This document shows positions 21,253-31,919 of a stretch of 64,000 nt of DNA, piece after piece (the first letter of the stretch is position 1; the number at the start of each line of letters is the position of its first letter). This stretch comes from an uncultured Gammaproteobacteria bacterium (GTDB lineage: Bacteria > Pseudomonadota > Gammaproteobacteria > Magnimaribacterales > D2472): the NCBI GenBank assembly GCA_964523375.1, contig CAZFYG010000006.1:7349-71348 (forward strand). Reading direction: 5' to 3'. The notes under the pieces are model-generated. The model did not search any database, was not told where the DNA came from, and worked only from the letters and a program-made list of their open reading frames with translations. A program made the translations under genes and the position numbers.

Positions 21253-22286
21253 ATATTGTCCCTGTTAACAAATTCTACATCAATTTCATTGGAATTATTA
21301 ACCAAATCGTCAATTAAAGTCTTAGGATTGACTCCGTTATGAATAATTTCATATAAAGAGTCTACAAGTGGCATATTTATATCTAAACGCATTGACTCAT
21401 ACCTAACAACATCCAGCGTTCTAGCTCCTTCGGCAACCTGGCCAACTGTTTCTTTTGCTTCATTAAGTTTTAACCCATTACCAAGGCTCACTCCGAGTTG
21501 AAAATTTCTTGAAAGTGATGATGTGCAGGTAGCAACAAGATCCCCCATACCCGCAAGTCCTAAGAATGTAATTGGATTGGCGCCTTTGGCAACAGCAAAT
21601 CTGCTCATTTCTGCCATACTTCTTGTTAAGATTAGCCCTAAGGCGTTCTCACCGACACCTAATGAGTCTGCAATACCACATATGATTGCATAAATATTTT
21701 TCAGCGCACCAGCAAGCTCCACACCGTAAATATCAGAGCTTGAATATATCTTAAAAGTATCTGAGGAGAGGATTTTTTTTGTGCACTCAAGTAAATCAAT
21801 GTTCTTGCTTGCGATGACGGTGCCTGAAACTTTCTTTTCAGCTATTTCTTTAGCAAGATTTGGCCCGCTTAATACGCCTACGCTATTTGAGTTGTTAAAG
21901 CAAAGATGCTCGCTAATTAAATCAGTCATTGTTTTAAAGGGGTCATTTTTTATACCCTTTGTACAGGAAATAATCTTTGTATTATTTGAAATTAACGGTT
22001 TTATTCTTATAACAATTGTTTCAAATATTGAGCTTGGAGTTGCAATAAAAATGATAGATGCATTTTTCACTACACTCTCAAGATTATCAGATGCATTTAT
22101 ATTTTCTGATAACTTTAATTCAGGATGATATGAAGTATTTGCACCTTCTGAATTAATTCTTAAAGCTTGTTCAGAATCTCTTACCCATAAAGATACTTTA
22201 TTTCCGTTAGATGCTGCGATATTAGCAATAACAGTGCCAAAACTCCCTCCTCCAAGAACTGCAATACTCTGATTATCTAAATCCAT
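21249..22286 (-). CDS. gpsA: NAD(P)H-dependent glycerol-3-phosphate dehydrogenase
   Basis: 345 aa with N-terminal GGGSFGT and the LAGALKN and GDLVATCTS blocks. Confidence 0.93.
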   Translation of the reverse strand: MDLDNQSIAVLGGGSFGTVIANIAASNGNKVSLWVRDSEQALRINSEGANTSYHPELKLSENINASDNLESVVKNASIIFIATPSSIFETIVIRIKPLISNNTKIISCTKGIKNDPFKTMTDLISEHLCFNNSNSVGVLSGPNLAKEIAEKKVSGTVIASKNIDLLECTKKILSSDTFKIYSSSDIYGVELAGALKNIYAIICGIADSLGVGENALGLILTRSMAEMSRFAVAKGANPITFLGLAGMGDLVATCTSSLSRNFQLGVSLGNGLKLNEAKETVGQVAEGARTLDVVRYESMRLDINMPLVDSLYEIIHNGVNPKTLIDDLVNNSNEIDVEFVNRDNI

Positions 22287-24109
22287 TATGATAGATATTT
22301 ATCAAGCTGCCTTAGATATTTAGCCGGATCTTTTGGAGACCCACCTTCCGCTATAACTGCATAATCATATAGAAAATCAACAAACAAATTAAATTGTTTG
22401 CCTTTTAAATCCTTCAGCCTCTTTGAAAGTTTATGCTTTAGGTTAATTTCAAATATAGGTTTGTACTCACCAAGATCTTGGCCAGATGCTTCAAGAATTT
22501 TTCTTAACTGTGCACCTGGTTCATTGTTTGGCAGTCTTAAGCAAGATGCTGAGTCAACAAGCCTTGAGCTAATTGCAACGTCGGACACTCTATCCTCAAG
22601 TTGCTTTTGAATTTTTCCTATAAAATCTTGATCAGATTCTGATATTTCAGGCTTAGAGTCAAATTCCTGAATGTCCTTAGCAACATTCACTAACTCTTTG
22701 CCTTTGTACACCATTAGTGTGGCCATGAGCCACTCATCTATTCTATCTGTTAAAAGAAGGACCTCTTTATTTTCATTTTTGAGACCTTCTATGTGAGGTG
22801 AGTTCATTGCCGCTTCAAATGTATCTGCAACACAATAATAAATCTTATCTTGATCATCAGAAGCTCTTTCTAGATAGGAATCTAATGTTTGATCTGGAGT
22901 TGGGTTACTATTTTCAGTAGAAGAAAATAACATCAAGCTAGATACTAATTCTTTGTTTTCTAAATCTTCAGCAGGGCCTTCCTTAAGCACCAAACCATAC
23001 TCTTTCCAAAAATTCTGATAATTCTCAAAATCATCTGTTTTTAATTTCTTCAAGCTATCAAGCAATCTTTTGGTAATCCCTTTTCTAATGGTATCTACCA
23101 AGACATGATCTTGTAGTATTTCACGAGAAACATTTAAAGGCAGATCACTTGTATCAATAATGCCTCTGACAAATCTTAAATAAAGTGGAAGAAAGTGGCT
23201 TGCATCATCCATTATGAAGACTCTTTGTATATAAAGCTTAACTCCCCTAGGTGACTCTCTATTCCATAAATCATAGGGAGGCTTTTTAGGTATATATAGA
23301 AGATTCGAGTACTCATTCTTACCCTCAACTTTGTTGTGAACCCACATCAAAGGCTCATCTTGGTCAAAAGAAATGAATTTATAAAAATCTTTATATTCTT
23401 GTTCTTTGATAGATCTTTTAGGTTTTAGCCATAGCGCTTCGGCCTCATTCACACGCTGCGACTCTCCATCGCCATCGATTATATTTAGTGGAAAGTTTAT
23501 ATATTGTGAATACTTCTCTAGTAAAAACTTTACTCTTCCTGGTTCTGAGAATTCTTTTGACTCCTCATTTAAGTAAATAATTATATCGGTACCATTAGAT
23601 GATTTTTCAATTTCTTTGAGCTTGTATTTTTCTTCACCTGTGCTTTCCCACATAACTCCTATATCAGATTGCTCATGAGCAGACTTTGAACAAACCTGAA
23701 CTTTGTCTGCAACCATAAAAACTGAGTAGAAACCTACACCAAATTGACCTATTAAGTTAGAGTCTTTGCGCTTGTCACCACTTATATTCTCAAGGAAATT
23801 TGCTGTTCCAGACCTAGCTATGGTTCCAATGTTACTAACGACCTCCTCCTCATTCATGCCAATACCGTTGTCTGAAATAATAATTTTATTATCATTTGTA
23901 TCAATTGTTATATCGATTTTAAGATTCTTGTTGAACGAGGAAAGCTTCTCGTCGCCAACGGATTCAAATCGTAATTTATCAAGAGCATCTGATGCATTTG
24001 ATACAAGTTCTCTAATGAAAATTTCTTTATTAGAGTAAAGGGAGTGAATCATCAGCTTTAAAAGCTGCTTTGTCTCAGTCTGAAATATTCTAGTTTTTGT
24101 TTTAGCCAT
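22286..24109 (-). CDS. htpG: molecular chaperone HtpG (Hsp90)
   Basis: 607 aa with [35 protein letters not shown] and NVSREILQ. Confidence 0.97.
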
Positions 24110-24169
24110 ATTTATTTCCTTAGGTATATAAAGTAATTAAGTATTAATTGGGAAAATTCAAGCTTGAGC

Positions 24170-24577
24170 TTATGAATTTATTATCCTTACTAGCTGTGTA
24201 AGGGATATGAGAAGAATGATAATGGTGTTAGCAACACTCAAGTTATGCATCCATTTAAATAAATTATCCCAACCCCTGTCTCGAGCAAAATTAGTAATAG
24301 GGATAATCGCATAGCCAATAAAGGCTAAGATTGAAATTGATAAAGCCATGTAGAGGTCAAATAGCTCAAACCATAAAAATGATATCAGGCTTGAAATTAA
24401 AGAAATTAGTAAGATCAATAAATAGTATCTAGGGAATATTTTTCTTAAAAACTTTGATGCACTCTCATCATCAAGCACCTTAAATACAACTGGTGCTGTC
24501 AGTAAAACTTGAGCAAATATAATTCCAAGTACTAAAGAGTAGCTTAGGATTAGAAGACTTAATATTATTATATTCAT
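24170..24577 (-). CDS. small integral membrane protein (possibly DUF4149/TMEM205-like)
   Basis: 135 aa with four predicted TM helices and the motif KIFPRYY. It starts 7 nt after the tRNA-Asp 3' end. Confidence 0.4.
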   Translation of the reverse strand: MNIIILSLLILSYSLVLGIIFAQVLLTAPVVFKVLDDESASKFLRKIFPRYYLLILLISLISSLISFLWFELFDLYMALSISILAFIGYAIIPITNFARDRGWDNLFKWMHNLSVANTIIILLISLTQLVRIINS

Positions 24578-24584
24578 ATTAAAA

Positions 24585-24659
24585 TGGCGGTCCGACGGGG
24601 AATCGAACCCCGAACACCGCCGTGACAGGGCGGAATTATAACCGTTTAACTACCAGACC
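24585..24659 (-). tRNA. tRNA-Asp (anticodon GTC), CCA encoded
   Basis: Hand-folded cloverleaf with anticodon loop CTGTCAC, discriminator G and a 4-nt variable loop. Confidence 0.85.
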
Positions 24660-24713
24660 ACTAAACCGTTGAGATGAATAATATCTATTTTAGATAAAAG
24701 TGCAACCCAAAAA

Positions 24714-24790
24714 TGGTGGGTGATGACAGGTTCGAACTGCCGACCCTCTCGGTGTAAACGAGATGCTCTACCAAACTGAGCTAATCACCC
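24714..24790 (-). tRNA. tRNA-Val (anticodon TAC), CCA encoded
   Basis: Hand-folded cloverleaf with anticodon loop TTTACAC and T-loop TTCGAAC. Confidence 0.9.
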
Positions 24791-24836
24791 CACTATGTTC
24801 ATAGCTTTTTTTATAAATAGCCATAAACTATAGAGC

Positions 24837-24864
24837 ATTATAGAAACCTTATTTATTTTGTCTA
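24837..24864 (-). promoter_or_regulatory. possible sigma70 promoter for the tRNA-Val/tRNA-Asp unit
   Basis: On the minus strand: TAGACA (24864-24859), a 16-nt spacer, then TATAAT (24842-24837), about 46 nt upstream of the tRNA-Val 5' end. Confidence 0.35.
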
Positions 24865-24909
24865 TTGTTTTTTTATGATCTAATATATTTTGGATAGACT
24901 ATATTTAAG

Positions 24910-25791
24910 CTACTTTTTAGCAATATTTAATCTTGCTAAATATATGCCAAACAGAGCTATAAATATAAATACTAATTGCGAAGTGTTAATCAACTCATTA
25001 AAAATATATGCAGCTAAAATCGTAGCCGTTAATGGTTGAAGTAAAAGTCCTATTGATCCATCAGATGCTGAAATATTAGATATACCATATGTTATTAAAA
25101 ACTGACCTCCAAATTGACACAATAAGGCAAGCAACAATAAATTAGTCCATTCAAATTTTGTTGAAGGCATGGATAAGCCCGACTCAATAAAGGCAAATGG
25201 CAAAGAAAATAAACAACAAAAAAAAGTTGTATAAAAGATTACAGTTAAAGAGCTTTCTTTACCAAGTCTTGATATGACAAGAAGATAAATTGCATAAAAG
25301 AAGGCTGCAAGCAAACACATTAGATCTCCAATAACTTTTCCATTAGCATAGTTGTTAGAAAAAAATATTAGTCCTACTATTCCTGCATATGTTATTAAAA
25401 ATGAGATTAAAAAATTTTTCTCTAAACGCTGTTTAAAAATAAGGAATGTCAGAAATGCAACAAAAATAGGCGCGGAATTAATAATAATTGTTGCATTAGA
25501 TACAGAAGTTATTCCCATGCTCCAATGCCATAAGATCAAATCAATAGTGAACCCTGCTGACGCTATTGCTGTATAAATAATTGTAGATTTATTTCGTACC
25601 TTGAATGAAAACCTTTTGTTAATAAATAAATTTAAAAGTACAAGAAAAGGAAGTGTTAAGAGCATTCTGTAAAAAAGTATCCACGACGGTGATAAATCAC
25701 TCCATTTAACAAAAATTGGAGCAAAGCCAATTAAAGTCGCCCCTAATGCAAGTAATAAAAAGTAATTAGCTCGATGAATATTGAAAAGCAT
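24910..25791 (-). CDS. EamA/DMT-family transporter
   Basis: 293 aa with about 10 TM helices arranged as two EamA-like halves. Confidence 0.75.
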   Translation of the reverse strand: MLFNIHRANYFLLLALGATLIGFAPIFVKWSDLSPSWILFYRMLLTLPFLVLLNLFINKRFSFKVRNKSTIIYTAIASAGFTIDLILWHWSMGITSVSNATIIINSAPIFVAFLTFLIFKQRLEKNFLISFLITYAGIVGLIFFSNNYANGKVIGDLMCLLAAFFYAIYLLVISRLGKESSLTVIFYTTFFCCLFSLPFAFIESGLSMPSTKFEWTNLLLLALLCQFGGQFLITYGISNISASDGSIGLLLQPLTATILAAYIFNELINTSQLVFIFIALFGIYLARLNIAKK

Positions 25792-25807
25792 AAAGTATAA
25801 TCGTTGA

Positions 25808-27172
25808 ATGGATCAAAGCATTGTAGAACAGAATAATGAAATTATCTCAGTAAGTGAATTAAATAATGCTGCTAAAAGACTTCTAGAACATAACTTTAAT
25901 AACGTTTCTGTGCTGGGAGAAATATCCAACCTGTCTCAGCCTTCATCTGGTCATATTTATTTCTCTTTAAAAGATGAAAGTGGATCAATTCGATGTGCAA
26001 TGTTTAGAAATGCTAACTCTAGGCTTAAATTTTCTCCAAAAAATGGAGACAAATGCATACTTACTGGTCAAGTAAGCATTTATGCTGCAAGAGGTGATTA
26101 TCAATTAATAGCAAAATCAATGCGTTTAGCCGGAGCCGGTGATTTGATGCAGCAATTTGAGATGCTTAAAAATAAATTAGATACCGAAGGCTTGTTTGAT
26201 TTAACAAAAAAAATGCCTTTTCCAAGATTCCCAAAACATATTTGTATTGTTACCTCCTCATCAACAGCTGCATTTCAGGATATTCTTTCCTCACTGAAAA
26301 GAAGATGCCCTTTTGCTAATATTTCTATAAGCGAAGCAGTGGTTCAAGGGGACTCTGCTTCAAAAACAATTATTAGCGCTCTTAAAAGAATTCAAAAATT
26401 TAATGAATTAAATAATGATAAAGTTGATGCTGTGATAATTACTCGTGGTGGTGGGTCTATAGAGGATTTATGGTGTTTTAATAACGAGGATTTGGCAAGG
26501 GCCATATATAACTTTGAGATTCCAATCATTTCTGGAGTTGGCCATGAGATTGATTTTACAATCACTGACTTCGTAGCGGATATGAGAGCGCCTACTCCAA
26601 CTGCTGCAGCTGAAATAATAACCGAAGATTATTTTAGGCTGAGTGATATATTAAACAATCTCCAGGATGATTGTATCTCAAGGCATGGTGCATTGATTGA
26701 AAGGAAGGAGAAGTCTCTTCAGTTGCTTAAAGCTAATCTTAAAAACCCAGTCTCTATTTTAAGAGAAAAAATACAAAAAATTGATAATTTAGAGCTGCAA
26801 ATGAAAAGGTCTCTAAAAAGCTCTGTTTACAAAAGCGCTCAAGATCTTAAATTTCTTACAAAGGTGCTACAAGAAAGAGCTCCTGCAAACCTTATAAAAA
26901 AACTGTTGGAAAAAACTAATTCTTATTATCAAACTCTTCATGTAAATATGAAAAATATTTCTGTTTCAAAAAAATACAGAGTTGATCAAATTCAAAAAAA
27001 CCTTCAAATACTTAATCCTTTAGCAATATTAAATAGAGGATATTCAATTATCCAGAATAAAGATGGTGAAGCAGTGAAAGCTAGCTCAAGTGTAAAATTA
27101 GGTGAAGAGGTTCTTGCAAGATTTGGAACGGGTTCAGCAAAGTTAAAAATTCAAGAAATTGAAGATGATTAA
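25808..27172 (+). CDS. xseA: exodeoxyribonuclease VII large subunit
   Basis: 454 aa with an N-terminal OB fold (VLGEISNLSQPSSGHIYFSLKD), the RGGGSIEDLW block and a C-terminal coiled region. Confidence 0.9.
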   Translation: MDQSIVEQNNEIISVSELNNAAKRLLEHNFNNVSVLGEISNLSQPSSGHIYFSLKDESGSIRCAMFRNANSRLKFSPKNGDKCILTGQVSIYAARGDYQLIAKSMRLAGAGDLMQQFEMLKNKLDTEGLFDLTKKMPFPRFPKHICIVTSSSTAAFQDILSSLKRRCPFANISISEAVVQGDSASKTIISALKRIQKFNELNNDKVDAVIITRGGGSIEDLWCFNNEDLARAIYNFEIPIISGVGHEIDFTITDFVADMRAPTPTAAAEIITEDYFRLSDILNNLQDDCISRHGALIERKEKSLQLLKANLKNPVSILREKIQKIDNLELQMKRSLKSSVYKSAQDLKFLTKVLQERAPANLIKKLLEKTNSYYQTLHVNMKNISVSKKYRVDQIQKNLQILNPLAILNRGYSIIQNKDGEAVKASSSVKLGEEVLARFGTGSAKLKIQEIEDD

Positions 27173-27959
27173 AAAAATATTTCTTCTAATTTGCATTTCA
27201 TTTAGTTTTACAATTTTTGCAGAAAATAAAATTATTGGTATATCGGGTGAAATTATCATCTCGCCTTTGTCTAAAATTAATTCTGACAGTGAACAAGTTT
27301 TGTATGCAGAATATGATGGAATAAGGTATGCAATCATTGGTATGCCCTATTCTCATAAAGAAAAAATTATAAGTATTGGAAATAGTAAAATTACCATACT
27401 CCCAAAAGATTATGGTGAATCTAGAATTAACATAACTGATTCATCCAAGGTCATGTTGAGCAAAGAGAATGCCGCAAGGGCAACAAAAGAGGCGCTTTTA
27501 ATCAAAAAAAATATTGCTTTATATTCTCATAAGTCTTTATCAGATCTAGACTTTAACTTGCCTGTAGACGGTATTATTTCAAGCAGATTTGGGAAGAAAA
27601 GATATATAAACGATATCCCTAGATCACCACACATGGCGCTTGATATTGCCGCACCAAAGGGAACTTCTATCTTTTCACCATCTGATGGCAAGGTAGTTCT
27701 TGTTGGTGATTTTTTCTATGGTGGTAAGTATGTATTGCTCGACCATGGCATGGGTCTGCTAACCTCATATAGCCACATGAGTGAGATTCTTGTTGAAGAA
27801 GGTATGATAATTATAAAAGGTCAAGAAATTGGCTTGGTTGGCTCAACCGGAAGGGTTACCGGACCACATCTTCATTGGACTGTTTATCTAAATAAAGAAA
27901 GGGTTAATCCTGAATTATTCTTAAATAAAAATATTATTACAACAATTTCTGATCTCTAA
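27159..27959 (+). CDS. M23-family metallopeptidase (secreted)
   Basis: Signal peptide plus LytM motifs HMALDIAAPKGT and GSTGRVTGPHLHW. Confidence 0.8.
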   Translation: MKMIKKIFLLICISFSFTIFAENKIIGISGEIIISPLSKINSDSEQVLYAEYDGIRYAIIGMPYSHKEKIISIGNSKITILPKDYGESRINITDSSKVMLSKENAARATKEALLIKKNIALYSHKSLSDLDFNLPVDGIISSRFGKKRYINDIPRSPHMALDIAAPKGTSIFSPSDGKVVLVGDFFYGGKYVLLDHGMGLLTSYSHMSEILVEEGMIIIKGQEIGLVGSTGRVTGPHLHWTVYLNKERVNPELFLNKNIITTISDL

Positions 27960-28404
27960 CCTCAGAAAGAATTACATTGAGGGTTTCAGCTGTTTGTGGC
28001 TTGAACAATGATTTAACAACAACCCCTTCTGTGCTAATAAAATATGTAGCAGGTAGTGTCTGTGGAGATTCCATACCCCAAATATCTCCAGGATATGTCA
28101 ACATAGAAGGTATATCGACACCAAACCTTTTTATCTGTGGATCAAGATCTTCTATATCTAGTTGATCAAAATTAAATGCATAAACATTTATATCTTTATT
28201 TTGATTAGCAAACTCAACTAACTCTGGCATTTCCTTCAGACATGGTGGACACCAATCAGCCCAGTAGTTAATTACCAACCATGACTCAGTTAGTTTGGGC
28301 AGTGATGTATTGTCTCCATTATGAACTTCGATATCATTTTTCTGACATCCAATTAAACACAATATACATAATGAAGATATAATTAAGTTTTTCATACAAA
28401 TCAT
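27937..28404 (-). CDS. TlpA/ResA-like periplasmic thiol:disulfide oxidoreductase lipoprotein
   Basis: Lipobox CLIGC and thioredoxin motif WADWCPPC. The start could be 28404 or the ATG 9 nt downstream. Confidence 0.75.
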   Translation of the reverse strand: MICMKNLIISSLCILCLIGCQKNDIEVHNGDNTSLPKLTESWLVINYWADWCPPCLKEMPELVEFANQNKDINVYAFNFDQLDIEDLDPQIKRFGVDIPSMLTYPGDIWGMESPQTLPATYFISTEGVVVKSLFKPQTAETLNVILSEVRDQKLL

Positions 28405-28424
28405 TTTAAACTAAAGTTTTATAT

Positions 28425-29021
28425 ATGGATAAGAGATTTTTATTAATATTGTTTTATTCCACTTCTGGTTCAACCAAAAAGCTAGCGCATGCAATAGCTG
28501 ATGGTGCGGAAGAGACTGGAATGAAAGTAAAGATAAGGACTGTTCCAAGAATTTCATCTAATATTGAAAAAATAGAACCATCTGTTCCGGTTGAGAATGA
28601 AATTTATTGCAGTAAAGAAGATCTCATTGAATGCTCAGGGTTAGCTATTGGATCTCCAACAAGATTTGGTTCGATGGCATCGTCCTTAAAATATTTTTTA
28701 GATTCTACTGGAGATATTTGGGCTACAAATCAACTTGAAGACAAGCCTGGGCTTGCATTTACATCTACTGGCTCAATGCACGGAGGCCAAGAAATAACTT
28801 TGTATAACTTAATAACATTTATGCTGCATCATGGAATGATAATTCAAGGAACTCCCTACTCCTTCAATGAGCTTAATGACACTAAATCAGGTGGAACACC
28901 TTATGGGCCGTCACATGTTGAGAGTTTTAATTCTAGCTCAGAACTAACACCACATGAGTATCAAATAGCTAAAAAATCAGGGGCAAGACTGGCTAATCAA
29001 ATTATAAAGATGACTAAATGA
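28425..29021 (+). CDS. wrbA: NAD(P)H:quinone oxidoreductase, WrbA type (flavodoxin-like)
   Basis: 198 aa with LILFYSTSGSTKKLA and SPTRFGSMAS blocks. Confidence 0.85.
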   Translation: MDKRFLLILFYSTSGSTKKLAHAIADGAEETGMKVKIRTVPRISSNIEKIEPSVPVENEIYCSKEDLIECSGLAIGSPTRFGSMASSLKYFLDSTGDIWATNQLEDKPGLAFTSTGSMHGGQEITLYNLITFMLHHGMIIQGTPYSFNELNDTKSGGTPYGPSHVESFNSSSELTPHEYQIAKKSGARLANQIIKMTK

Positions 29022-29353
29022 GTCTTTCTTTAAATAAATATAAAAATATAACAATCTGCTTATCTTTTTTGCTGATAATTACTAAGTTTTTAATATATAC
29101 GACAGGAAGGATTAGTCTTTTAACATTTATTATCTGGTCTATACCAATAGCAATATTTATAGTTAAGGCGGCAATAAATTCGGCAAAAGCCTATCAAGTT
29201 TTTTGTTTTATCTTGTTAATCTATTTTCTATTTGTTTCTTTAAGAGTTTTTGGAATGACTTTATTTTATATAGATTTGTTTGAGCTGATTCTTATAATAT
29301 ATCTTTTTATTCATTGCTTGTTTGGCCCTAGGAAAATTAACACTGTAAAGTAA
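29018..29353 (+). CDS. small membrane protein (DUF2069-like, wrbA-linked)
   Basis: 111 aa with four TM helices, overlapping wrbA by 4 nt. The wrbA-DUF2069 pairing is recalled from other gammaproteobacteria. Confidence 0.45.
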   Translation: MSLSLNKYKNITICLSFLLIITKFLIYTTGRISLLTFIIWSIPIAIFIVKAAINSAKAYQVFCFILLIYFLFVSLRVFGMTLFYIDLFELILIIYLFIHCLFGPRKINTVK

Positions 29354-29410
29354 CCTTTACATTTAATATCTCTTACATTATCATTTGTTCACAATTTTAT
29401 GGAGTTATAA

Positions 29411-31252
29411 ATGAGCAAATCAAATTCAATATGGAAACAGGCTGATAGTTTTTTAGCTATGACAAGAAAAATACTTGTAAATGGTGTGACGGCTATAGTC
29501 TTAATAGCACTAACCTTCTCATTTCTAGGTGGTATTTTTACCTCTTTTGGAAAATCTGAAAAGGTTACAGTTGAAAATAAGGTTTTATGGTTTAAACCAA
29601 TTGGTGTGGTTGTAGACACTGAGGTTGTGAGTTCTAATAATGTGTCAATTGAAGGTTTGTTAAACGGTGGCTCAAGTGCTGAACAGTATGAATTACAAGA
29701 TCTTTTGGATGTCCTTAATGCAGCTGCAACTGATGATGGTTTAAGCGCTGTGTATGTAAATGTTTCTGAGCTTGGAATGTACTGGGCGTCTGCATTTAAA
29801 ATTGCAGAAGCAGTTAAGAATGTTAAAGATAGTGGCAAAAGAGTAATTGCATATGCTGAAGGCTATGGAAATAATGCTTACCTTATAAGCTCGCAAGCTA
29901 GCGAGGTATTGGTGAATGAGTATGGGGGAGTAGAAGCATTTGGCTTTTCAAGGAAGAGAGAGTACTACGTTGATTTATATAAAAATATAAAATTAAACTA
30001 TAACGTTTTTACTGCTGGGGACTTTAAGTCTGGGCCTGAGCCGTACACTCGAGATTCAATGAGTGAAAATGATAAGATTGCTTGGAATGCATTCGCAGAG
30101 CCAATGTGGGAAAAAATGACGTCAATGATGGAATCAGGTAGAAAATTATCAAAGGGTACAATTCAAGACTATGGTGATAATGCGCATGTGTTGTTCACTG
30201 AAAACCCAGAAGCGGCTCAGGTTGCGTTAAATTTAGGCTTAGTTGATAAGGTGGTTACAAGAGAAGAAATTAGAAATTACATGTTTGAACAATTCCCTAA
30301 CGAAGAAGATGATAAGTATGCATTTCCAGACAGCATATCTATATATGACTATCTAGATACTATCGAAGCTGATGCAAGCAAGTCTTCTAATAAGATTGCG
30401 ATAGTTAATATTGAAGGGGCAATCATGACTGGAGAAGCAGCATATGGTATTGCTGGCTCAGATACTATTGTAAAAAATATTCAGTCTGCAACTAAAGATG
30501 AAGATATTAAAGCAATGGTTTTAAGAGTTAATAGCCCCGGTGGAGATGTCTGGGCAAGTGAGCTAATTACAAATGCATTAGAAGAATTCAAGAATACTGG
30601 TAGACCAGTAGTAACTTCAATGGGTGACGTAGCGGCATCTGGTGGAGTATGGGTAACAACTAACTCTGATGAAATATGGGCTGAAGAAGACACTCTAACT
30701 GGCTCAATTGGTGTATATGGAATTATCCCTACTATGGATGGTTTATATGATTGGGCAGGCATATCAGTGGATGGAGTAAGTTCAACTAAAGCTGGTGAAT
30801 GGGATGAAAGAGAAGCTATGCCAGACTATGTAAAAAATATGATCCAATCAAACATAGATAACATATACAAAAAATTTGTGACCAAGGTAGCAGAAAACAG
30901 AGACATGGCTTACGTTGATGTTCTTCCTATTGCAGGTGGAAGAATTTGGTCAGGAGTAAAAGCTCTTGAATTAGGCCTTGTTGATAAAATAGGTGATCTT
31001 GAAGACGCTTTATCATCTGCAGCTAACATGGCAGAAATTGAAGATTATTCTGTTAAAACATACAGAAAAGAGTTAGATCCTATAGATATATTTTTACAAG
31101 AGATTCTTGAAAATATTGACTACCAAGTTAAAGTTGATCCAAACCTAAAAATCCTATTAGATACAACATCCAAGTATTCAAAAATTATTAGCCTAGAAGA
31201 TGAAAATATCATGGCCTATTGTTTTGAATGTGACGCTATAGATAATCTTTAA
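29411..31252 (+). CDS. sppA: signal peptide peptidase SppA, 67K type
   Basis: 613 aa with an N-terminal anchor and two ClpP/crotonase-like S49 halves (SMGDVAASGGVW). Confidence 0.85.
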   Translation: MSKSNSIWKQADSFLAMTRKILVNGVTAIVLIALTFSFLGGIFTSFGKSEKVTVENKVLWFKPIGVVVDTEVVSSNNVSIEGLLNGGSSAEQYELQDLLDVLNAAATDDGLSAVYVNVSELGMYWASAFKIAEAVKNVKDSGKRVIAYAEGYGNNAYLISSQASEVLVNEYGGVEAFGFSRKREYYVDLYKNIKLNYNVFTAGDFKSGPEPYTRDSMSENDKIAWNAFAEPMWEKMTSMMESGRKLSKGTIQDYGDNAHVLFTENPEAAQVALNLGLVDKVVTREEIRNYMFEQFPNEEDDKYAFPDSISIYDYLDTIEADASKSSNKIAIVNIEGAIMTGEAAYGIAGSDTIVKNIQSATKDEDIKAMVLRVNSPGGDVWASELITNALEEFKNTGRPVVTSMGDVAASGGVWVTTNSDEIWAEEDTLTGSIGVYGIIPTMDGLYDWAGISVDGVSSTKAGEWDEREAMPDYVKNMIQSNIDNIYKKFVTKVAENRDMAYVDVLPIAGGRIWSGVKALELGLVDKIGDLEDALSSAANMAEIEDYSVKTYRKELDPIDIFLQEILENIDYQVKVDPNLKILLDTTSKYSKIISLEDENIMAYCFECDAIDNL

Positions 31253-31919
31253 TCAAAGGGATTGTTATTTTTCTTTTAAGTTCCATCGAGAGGCTATCAA
31301 GTCTCTCGATTATTCCAACCAAGTCAGACAAGTTTCTTTTTGTATAAGAAAGCAAATAGTTAGCCTCCTTCTCGCCAAGATTAATTGATCTAAAATTTGC
31401 AATATGCATAAGGGCAAGATTGAGATTTTGATCCTGCACTGAGAACATTTCATAAGAGTTAAACTTTCTGATTCTAGAATCAAAGTCAGGTAGTGAAAAA
31501 TTGAGTGTTCCAATATTAATGGAAGCTGAAAATACCAACCTACAATTAGTAAGGGATGCATTATTAATTAAATTAAAGAGAGCTACTTCCCAATCCATGA
31601 TTCCTGCTATTTCTTCAATACTGTCAACGCATACTAAATCTGCTTCATGTGCCCCATCTATAATGGTAGTCTCATAATTTTTGATATCCGAAAGCGGAAT
31701 ATATAAAGGGGATTTATTTAAATCGCTATATAAACTTGCTAGTGCCTGTAATAGATAAGTTTTGCCGATATTTGATTGCCCATATATAAAAATATCATCG
31801 CCCTCAATTAATCTCAAATTATTTACTAAGTTAGCATTTTTGTTATCGCAGAAGAAGCCACTAAAAGAGGATTTAAAAGTCTTTTCCCATGGAAAAGTTA
31901 ATTGTTTTGGATTAGTCAT
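31236..31919 (-). CDS. hda: DnaA regulatory inactivator Hda
   Basis: QLTFPW, a degenerate Walker A GQSNIGKTYLL, and C-terminal RKITIPLIKDYL resembling E. coli Hda. The start is set at ATG 31919 (MTNPKQL). Confidence 0.8.
   Translation of the reverse strand: MTNPKQLTFPWEKTFKSSFSGFFCDNKNANLVNNLRLIEGDDIFIYGQSNIGKTYLLQALASLYSDLNKSPLYIPLSDIKNYETTIIDGAHEADLVCVDSIEEIAGIMDWEVALFNLINNASLTNCRLVFSASINIGTLNFSLPDFDSRIRKFNSYEMFSVQDQNLNLALMHIANFRSINLGEKEANYLLSYTKRNLSDLVGIIERLDSLSMELKRKITIPLIKDYL

Noticed and set aside
24110-24169. Possible sigma32 heat-shock promoter upstream of htpG (a CTTGAA element is present on the minus strand).
   Set aside because: The CCCAAT-like element follows after only about 4 nt instead of the 13-15 nt expected before a CCCCATNT -10, so the match to the sigma32 consensus fails. 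No convincing sigma32 promoter was seen before clpP or lon either; those spacers are only 3 and 30 nt.
29389-29838. 149-aa ORF antisense to sppA. Similar long antisense ORFs occur at 13530-13856 (clpX), 15640-15963 (tig), 17003-17368 (gdh), 21781-22128 (gpsA), 37029-37337 (dnaX), 52383-52709 and 52803-53252 (CaCA antiporter), and 19440-19742 (trhO).
   Set aside because: Each lies fully inside, and opposite to, a gene with strong family-level support. Their translations are low-complexity (S/I/L/F-rich) with no recognisable motifs, as expected for the antisense strand of AT-rich coding DNA.
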